A stretch of DNA of 64,000 nucleotides from an uncultured archaeon (GTDB lineage Archaea; Aenigmatarchaeota; Aenigmatarchaeia; CG10238-14): positions 26,089-90,088 of the forward strand of contig CAYMPD010000004.1 of the NCBI GenBank assembly GCA_964392445.1, in the 5' to 3' direction. The translations under genes and the position numbers were made by a program. Shown here one piece after another: positions 58,243 through 64,000 of this stretch; the first letter of the stretch is position 1, and each line of letters opens with the position of its first letter. The notes under the pieces are model-generated. The model was not told the origin of the DNA. It ran no database searches and saw only the letters and a program-made list of their open reading frames with translations.

Positions 58243-59226
58243 ATGCCAGAAATAAGAGTACCCAGATCGGGCTCATTGGGATTTGTACCAAAGAAAAGAG
58301 CCAAGAGAATTTATCCCAGTGTTAACAATTGGCCAGATAGCGATAAGCTTCGCGTCTCTGGTTTTGCGGGCTATAAAGTTGGCATGACACAGGTTCTCAT
58401 TATTGATAACAGAAAAGGTTCACCAACACATGGTGAGCAAATCTCTGTTCCTGTCACGGTTTTGGATTGTCCTTCTCTTCTCGTTCTCGGTGTTCGGTTC
58501 TATAAACAAAATGAAGATGGTTTTCACGCTTTCTCTGAAATCTGGGATGAAAAGCTTGTTAAAGACAAAGACATCAAAAGAAAAATTATCAATGGAGATT
58601 ATAATCACGGAAAAAAACTAAAAGAAATAGAAAAAAACTTGGAAGAGATCCAAAAAATAAGATTAATTGTTAGAACCCAACCTCGTTTGTCTGGGATAGG
58701 TAAGAAAACACCGGAGATATTTGAAATTGAACTAAGTGGAAAAGAGACTCAAGAAAAGTTGAATTATTCCAAAGAAATTTTGGGAAAGCAAATTAAGGCC
58801 AAGGATATATTCAAAGATGGAGAATACGTTGATGTTATAGCAATAACCAAGGGGAAGGGATGGCAGGGACCAGTCAAAAGATTTGGAGTAAAAATTAGAG
58901 GGAGAAAAGATCATGGTAAAAGGAGACACGTTGGAACAATGGGTTCTGAAACTCCAAGGATGATCAAGTGGACTATCCCTCAAGCAGGACAATTAGGATT
59001 TGCCAAAAGGACTGAGTACAACAAAAGAATCGTTAAGATAGGTGAAGACGGAAAAGAAGTCACACCAAAATCTGGATTCACAAAATATGGTGTGATAAAA
59101 GGAGATCATATAATTATCGAAGGATCAGTTCCTGGAGCAAGAAAAAGATTGGTTATGCTAAGAACAGCAATGAGACCACCTAAAGTTAGTGTGCTTCCAT
59201 CAGAGGTTAAAAAAGTAATGAAGTGA
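58243..59226 (+). CDS. rpl3: 50S ribosomal protein L3
   Basis: PRSGSLGF, GYKVGMT, TKGKGWQGPVKRFG. Confidence 0.97.
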   Translation: MPEIRVPRSGSLGFVPKKRAKRIYPSVNNWPDSDKLRVSGFAGYKVGMTQVLIIDNRKGSPTHGEQISVPVTVLDCPSLLVLGVRFYKQNEDGFHAFSEIWDEKLVKDKDIKRKIINGDYNHGKKLKEIEKNLEEIQKIRLIVRTQPRLSGIGKKTPEIFEIELSGKETQEKLNYSKEILGKQIKAKDIFKDGEYVDVIAITKGKGWQGPVKRFGVKIRGRKDHGKRRHVGTMGSETPRMIKWTIPQAGQLGFAKRTEYNKRIVKIGEDGKEVTPKSGFTKYGVIKGDHIIIEGSVPGARKRLVMLRTAMRPPKVSVLPSEVKKVMK

Positions 59227-59231
59227 TTAAT

Positions 59232-60026
59232 ATGAAAGCTGATATTTTAGATTTAAAAGGAAAATCATCAGGAAAAGTAGGATTACCTAAATTCTTTACT
59301 AGTCAACCTGTTAGACCAGATGTAATCAAAAGAGCTTCACTCGCTTTGCAAAGTAAACTAAGACAAGCATATGGTTCTGATCCCAAAGCGGGTAAAAGAA
59401 CATCCGCACATTATCACGGGAGAAGACATGTGAGATATACAATGATGAATGTTGACATGGCCAGAATGGCCAGGATACATACAGGTTCACCCTTTATGAG
59501 ATATAGGGCGAGAAGAGTACCTCAGTCAGTCAAAGGTAGAAGAGCACATCCTCCAAAATCAATGAAAAAATGGGCCCAGAAAATAAACAGAAAAGAAAAT
59601 TTACTTGCAATAAAATCTGCATTGGCAGCCACAGCGTCTTCAGAGCATGTGGAAAAAAGAGGACACATAATAGATGGAGTGAAATTACCACTGGTTATTA
59701 AAGATGATATTCATTCAATTAAAAAAACAAATCAAGTTAAGGATTTACTTAAAAAATTAGGTTTAGAAAAAGAATTGGAAAGGGCTCAAGTAAGAAAAGT
59801 CAGAAAAGGAAAAGGTAAAAGAAGAGGAAGAAAATACAAAAGAAAAGTAGGACCATTAATAGTAGTTTCCGAAAATAAGGGAATAATGAAGGCTGGTAAA
59901 AATATTCCAGGAGTAGATGTGAGATTAGTAGGAGCATTAACGATTGGTGATTTAGCACCTGGTTCAAAACCTGGGAGGTTGACAATTTATTCCGAATCTG
60001 CAATAAAAAAATTAGAGGGATTTTAA
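59232..60026 (+). CDS. rpl4: 50S ribosomal protein L4
   Basis: VRPDVIKR, GRRAHPPK, LAPGSKPGRLT. Confidence 0.96.
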   Translation: MKADILDLKGKSSGKVGLPKFFTSQPVRPDVIKRASLALQSKLRQAYGSDPKAGKRTSAHYHGRRHVRYTMMNVDMARMARIHTGSPFMRYRARRVPQSVKGRRAHPPKSMKKWAQKINRKENLLAIKSALAATASSEHVEKRGHIIDGVKLPLVIKDDIHSIKKTNQVKDLLKKLGLEKELERAQVRKVRKGKGKRRGRKYKRKVGPLIVVSENKGIMKAGKNIPGVDVRLVGALTIGDLAPGSKPGRLTIYSESAIKKLEGF

Positions 60027-60287
60027 ATGGATCCGTATAAAATATTGAAATATCCACACATGACTGAGAAAAGCATTGGTCTAGTGGAAAGAGAGAATAA
60101 ATTGGTATTCATTACTGAAAGAAGGGCGACAAAGAATCAAATAATAAAAGCCTTTGAAGAAGCTTTTAATGTTGAAGTAGAAAGTATTAATACACTCATA
60201 AACAGGAATGGTGAAAAGAAAGCATTTATTAAGCTTAAACCCAAATATCATGCTGCAGACATTGCGGTTAGGTTGGGAATAATCTAG
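60027..60287 (+). CDS. rpl23: 50S ribosomal protein L23
   Basis: TEKS, ENKLVF, EKKAFIKL. Confidence 0.96.
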   Translation: MDPYKILKYPHMTEKSIGLVERENKLVFITERRATKNQIIKAFEEAFNVEVESINTLINRNGEKKAFIKLKPKYHAADIAVRLGII

Positions 60288-60296
60288 GTGATTTAG

Positions 60297-61001
60297 ATGG
60301 GAAAAAGAATAATTCAAAGAGCAAGAGGAAAAGGAGGACCTAGATATAAGTCTCCATCTCACAGATATAAAGGTAAAGTCAGTTATAATCTTTCTCCAGA
60401 TGTTGAGAGTGGGTTGATTGTTGATTTAGTTCATGATCCAGGAAGAAATGCACCTTTAATGATTGTTGAATTCCCAGATGGTTCAAAAAGACTTCAGATA
60501 GCACCACAAAAAGTAAAGGTTGGTGATATTATTAATTATGGATCTGGTCTAACCCCAGGTAGTGTTGTTCCGGTTGAAAAAGCTAAAGAAGGAATGAGAG
60601 TATTTGGAATAGAAACCTATCCAGGTTCAGGTCCTAAATTGTGTAGAAGTTCTGGGAGTTTTGCAACAGTCATGGGAGAAGTAAAAGATAAAATAAGAAT
60701 TAAACTTTCATCAGGTAAAACAAAAGAGTTAAATAAAAAATGTCTTGTATCTATAGGTATACCAGCAGGATCTGGAAGAAGAGAAAAACCTTGGGTAAAG
60801 GCAGGTAAAAAACATTATGCTAAGAAAGCTAGAAATAAATTATACCCAATAACAAGTGGTGTTAAGATGAATCCGGTTGATCACCCATTCGGAGGTAAAA
60901 CTAAGCCAGGTATACCAAAGTCGGTTTCAAAGCATGCTCCGCCAGGAAGAAAGGTTGGTTCAATCTCACCTAAAAGAAGTGGTAGGAAAAAGAAGAAGTG
61001 A
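60297..61001 (+). CDS. rpl2: 50S ribosomal protein L2
   Basis: HDPGRNAP, MNPVDHPFGG, APPGRKVG. Confidence 0.97.
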   Translation: MGKRIIQRARGKGGPRYKSPSHRYKGKVSYNLSPDVESGLIVDLVHDPGRNAPLMIVEFPDGSKRLQIAPQKVKVGDIINYGSGLTPGSVVPVEKAKEGMRVFGIETYPGSGPKLCRSSGSFATVMGEVKDKIRIKLSSGKTKELNKKCLVSIGIPAGSGRREKPWVKAGKKHYAKKARNKLYPITSGVKMNPVDHPFGGKTKPGIPKSVSKHAPPGRKVGSISPKRSGRKKKK

Positions 61002-61006
61002 TGATT

Positions 61007-61390
61007 ATGGCAAAAGAATTTTATTACAAGGGTAAAGCATTAGAAGAACTCAAAGAAATGAATTTAGAAGAATTCAGTAAACTTATTCCTAGTAATGAAA
61101 GAAGACTTATTAAAAGGGGTTTTAGCGAAAGACAAAAGAAATTATTGGAAAAGCTAAAAGAAAATCCTGATAAATTCCACAAAACTCACGAAAGAGACAT
61201 GGTTATTATTCCATCAATGATAGGTGCTAAGTTAGGTGTTTATAATGGTAAGAAGTTTGTTAGGGTTAATATTGAACCAGAGATGTTAGGACATAGATTA
61301 GGTGAATTTTCCCTTACACGGGAGAGAGTGAAGCACTCCGCCCCTGGAGCGGGCTCTACAAGGGGTTCCCGCCATATTCCTCTGAAGTAG
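61007..61390 (+). CDS. rps19: 30S ribosomal protein S19
   Basis: KTHERDM, YNGK, MLGHRLGEF. Confidence 0.96.
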   Translation: MAKEFYYKGKALEELKEMNLEEFSKLIPSNERRLIKRGFSERQKKLLEKLKENPDKFHKTHERDMVIIPSMIGAKLGVYNGKKFVRVNIEPEMLGHRLGEFSLTRERVKHSAPGAGSTRGSRHIPLK

Positions 61391-61399
61391 TACTGATAG

Positions 61400-61777
61400 G
61401 TGGTAAAAATGAAACAAGAAAGAACAGCAATCGCCTCAAGACCATTGGCAAGAGTATCTTTGAAAGACTCAAATACTTTGTTTAGTCGAATGAGGAATAA
61501 ACCTGTAAGAAAGGCGAAGACATTGTTGGAGGAATTGATAGATAGAAAAAAGAATATTAGTGGGAAATATTATCCCAAGGTTTCAAAAGAAATCCTTAGA
61601 TTAATAAAAGATTGTGAAGCGAATGCAGAAGCAAAGGGCTTAAACAAAAACAGACTTTTTGTAAAGCATGCCCAAGCAAATAAATCTTTCAAATTCATGT
61701 TACCTAAGAGTAGATGGACACATCGAGGAAGAGAAGCGAAAATATGCTCATTAAAAATAGAACTTGAGGAGAGATAA
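61400..61777 (+). CDS. rpl22: 50S ribosomal protein L22 (short form)
   Basis: Operon position; EANAEAKGL, HAQANK. Confidence 0.9.
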   Translation: MVKMKQERTAIASRPLARVSLKDSNTLFSRMRNKPVRKAKTLLEELIDRKKNISGKYYPKVSKEILRLIKDCEANAEAKGLNKNRLFVKHAQANKSFKFMLPKSRWTHRGREAKICSLKIELEER

Positions 61778-62799
61778 TGGTAGTAGAATCACATTTTATC
61801 AAAGAAGGTATGAAACAGGTCGAGATAGAAGAATATCTTAGTGATAAGTTCGGTAAAGCTGGTTATAGTCATATTGATATTCAAAGAACGCCCTTAGGAA
61901 CGAGAATAGTTGTTTATGCGAACAGACCTGGTTTAGTGATTGGTAGATCTGGAAGAACAATTAGAGCGATAACAGAGGAAATAAAAGAGAAATTTGAATT
62001 GGAAAACCCGATGTTGGATGTTAAAGAAGTTGAAAATCCATTCCTAGATGCTAAAGTAGTTGCGACCAGAATTGCAAGAAGTATTGAAAGAGGAACATTT
62101 TACAAGAAAGTAGTTGGCTTTTATCTAAGTAAGATTATGGAATCTGGTGCAGTGGGTGTGCAAATCAAAGTTAGTGGTAAACTTGGAGGTCAAAGAGGAA
62201 GGATAATGAAATTCAAGGACGGTTATATCAAACATGCTGGTTATTATGCTGATAATATTCTTGATAAAGGCCATGCTAAAGCTATTGTTAAATTGGGTGC
62301 AATTGGTGTTGAAGTAAAGATAATGAAGGATATGCCTGAAGATTTGTCTTTGAAGATTTCTGAGTTGGACGAGAAATTAAGTGAAATCCCTGATTTTGTT
62401 GTTAGCGAGAAAAGAGATGAGGAACCAAAGGAGAAAGAAAAGGACGAAAAAGAGGAAAGAACAAAGGAAAAGAAAAAGAAACCTAAAGAAAAGGAAAAAA
62501 ACATCAAAGAAGAATCAGACTACGAGAAAATTTTAGATAATACCATCCCGGATACCAAGAAAAAGATAAAGAAACTCAAAGAACCAGATTACCAGGAGCT
62601 TTTGGAAATGGAGAAGAAAAACAAGGATAGGAAGGGTATGAAAAGTTATCTAAAGGATAAAATAGAAGAATCAAAAGAAACCAAGAAAAAAGTAAAAAAA
62701 TCAAAGAAGAAAACCAAAAAATCCAAAAAGAAATCAACTAAAAAGAAAGCTAAAAAACCCAAAAAACCGAAGAAAAAGTCTAAAAAGACCAAGAAGTGA
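61777..62799 (+). CDS. rps3: 30S ribosomal protein S3 with a long charged C-terminal extension
   Basis: RTPLGT, RPGLVIGRSG, GAVGVQI, LGAIGVEVKI. Confidence 0.96.
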   Translation: MVVESHFIKEGMKQVEIEEYLSDKFGKAGYSHIDIQRTPLGTRIVVYANRPGLVIGRSGRTIRAITEEIKEKFELENPMLDVKEVENPFLDAKVVATRIARSIERGTFYKKVVGFYLSKIMESGAVGVQIKVSGKLGGQRGRIMKFKDGYIKHAGYYADNILDKGHAKAIVKLGAIGVEVKIMKDMPEDLSLKISELDEKLSEIPDFVVSEKRDEEPKEKEKDEKEERTKEKKKKPKEKEKNIKEESDYEKILDNTIPDTKKKIKKLKEPDYQELLEMEKKNKDRKGMKSYLKDKIEESKETKKKVKKSKKKTKKSKKKSTKKKAKKPKKPKKKSKKTKK

Positions 62800-62804
62800 T
62801 ACTA

Positions 62805-63002
62805 ATGAGGATAGATGATTTAAGAAAACTCAAACCAGAAGATCAAGAGAAAAGATTAAAAGAACTAAAATTAGAATTATTAAAGGAAAAGGGAAACATT
62901 GAAATGGGGGGAAACGTTAAAAATCCCGGAAGGATCAAAACTATAAGAAGAGATATTGCAAGATTATTAACATTAAAAAGGGAGAGAGAAAAAGACAAAT
63001 GA
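62805..63002 (+). CDS. rpl29: 50S ribosomal protein L29
   Basis: NPGRIKTIRRDIARLLT. Confidence 0.95.
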   Translation: MRIDDLRKLKPEDQEKRLKELKLELLKEKGNIEMGGNVKNPGRIKTIRRDIARLLTLKREREKDK

Positions 63003-63063
63003 TTAAAAAAATTAATTTTATCATGTTTTTATTGACTTATTCTAAATTAGTGGTGGTGAAGAA

Positions 63064-63369
63064 TTGGTAGGAAATATTTGTGAAAAGTGTGGTTTACCCA
63101 AAGAACTCTGTATGTGCGATGTTATTGAAAGAGAAGGTCAGAAGATTAAGGTCTATATGACCCGAAGAAAATACAGGAAACCAGTGACAATAGTCGAAGG
63201 AATTAATAAAGATTCCGCAAAGTCTGTAATTAAAAAGTTGAAGAGGAAGTTAGCTTGTGGTGGGTCTTACAAGAACGGTAATATTGAACTGCAAGGAGAT
63301 CATACAAGAAGAATAAAGGATATTTTGGTTAAACTTGGCTTTGAAAGGGATCAGATAGAAGTTGAGTGA
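63064..63369 (+). CDS. Translation initiation factor aIF1/SUI1
   Basis: CEKCGLPKELCMC, LACGGS, IELQGDH. Confidence 0.94.
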   Translation: MVGNICEKCGLPKELCMCDVIEREGQKIKVYMTRRKYRKPVTIVEGINKDSAKSVIKKLKRKLACGGSYKNGNIELQGDHTRRIKDILVKLGFERDQIEVE

Positions 63370-63450
63370 GATTAATTAAGAATGAATCCGAAGACTAAGG
63401 GAGGATTTTTAATAGAAAATAATAAATAGAGATAAAATAAGTAAATTTCA

Positions 63451-63633
63451 ATGATATCAATATTTAAGAAATGGTATTTTTGGATGATTATCTTATTATT
63501 GTCATTATTTTATCTAATATTCCTCCACCCAATGTTTTGTATAGAATGTTTATGCCCACCTGGGTCACCCAATTGTCCAAAAATGTGTCATTCTACTTGG
63601 CAGGAAATTACCAATAATTATTCTGTTTGTTAG
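63451..63633 (+). CDS. 60-aa Cys-rich membrane-anchored protein
   Basis: N-terminal TM, then CIECLCPPGSPNCPKMC...C. Confidence 0.6.
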   Translation: MISIFKKWYFWMIILLLSLFYLIFLHPMFCIECLCPPGSPNCPKMCHSTWQEITNNYSVC

Positions 63634-63723
63634 ATACTCTCGTTTATTGAATTTAATGTTTTTGTGATCCGTTAGATTTGAGATAGGATAAATAACTAAA
63701 ACCCACAACCCCAAATATCTACT

Positions 63724-63993
63724 ATGTCAATAACACCAAAAAACCTAGTAAGACATGAATTGATATCCCTAAAAGTGAAAATCAAAGAAAGTACTAATCC
63801 TTCACAGGTAGGAATAGAAGGAAAAGTGATAGATGAGACATTCAAAACACTGAAAATAGAAACAAAAAAAAGGGAAAAAACAATCCCCAAAGAAAACACG
63901 TGGCCTTCGGCCAGCAGAAACTGCTTGACGATGTGGCCTCCGCTCCTGGAAACGGAGAATCCCGTCAGCGCCAGACAGATCCAGAAAAGATAA
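63724..63993 (+). CDS. rnp1: RNase P protein component 1 (Rpp29/POP4), disrupted after ~63899
   Basis: ITPKNLVRHELI, GIEGKVIDET..TLKI, TIPKEN, then unrelated GC-rich sequence. Confidence 0.85.
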   Translation: MSITPKNLVRHELISLKVKIKESTNPSQVGIEGKVIDETFKTLKIETKKREKTIPKENTWPSASRNCLTMWPPLLETENPVSARQIQKR

Positions 63994-64000
63994 GCCCAGA

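Noticed and set aside
1-64000. Many short ORFs in the track that overlap longer genes (e.g. 978-1481, 5581-5877, 30682-30951, 37976-38356, 62244-62507)
   Set aside because: Antisense or out-of-frame shadows of well-supported genes or tRNAs, with no motifs
1-64000. CRISPR array, rRNA, integrase, reverse transcriptase
   Set aside because: No regularly spaced repeats, long GC-rich RNA-like tracts, or matching protein motifs were seen

Overview
AT-rich archaeal chromosomal segment, DPANN-like (possibly Aenigmarchaeota; this is inferred from gene content and ribosomal protein style). Core genes: rtcA, beta-CASP RNase, tyrS, the rpl18e-rpl13-rps9-rpoN-rpoK cluster, TBP, asnS, gatCAB, iscS/iscU/ferredoxin/SufT/cobO, two tandem class II ribonucleotide reductases, ogg, ftsZ, an intein-containing HerA-like ATPase and the start of the S10 operon (rpl3 to rnp1). 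Five tRNA genes: Tyr-GTA with a 37/38 intron, Arg-TCG, two Asn-GTT with 30/31 introns, and Gly-TCC. Many single orphan ORFs sit between core genes. No CRISPR array, rRNA, integrase or reverse transcriptase was seen. Highlights: (1) two tRNA-Asn copies, one directly after asnS and one overlapping the gatB stop codon, so each Asn-tRNA pathway has its own tRNA; (2) three small accessory islets bounded by direct repeats, two of which are duplicated ends of host genes (rtcA 5' end around an MNT-HEPN module; SDR 3' end around an IS200 relic plus transporter); (3) tandem NrdJ paralogs, one with intact catalytic residues but rewritten allosteric sites; (4) an in-frame DEAD helicase/cold-shock fusion with an internal RBS; (5) several enzymes with substituted key residues (P1B ATPase without CPC, IscS without the PLP lysine, racemase with Ser/Cys). 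The last ~100 bp jump to 57% GC and interrupt rnp1. Start sites were adjusted by eye where noted; family calls are from motif recognition, not database searches.
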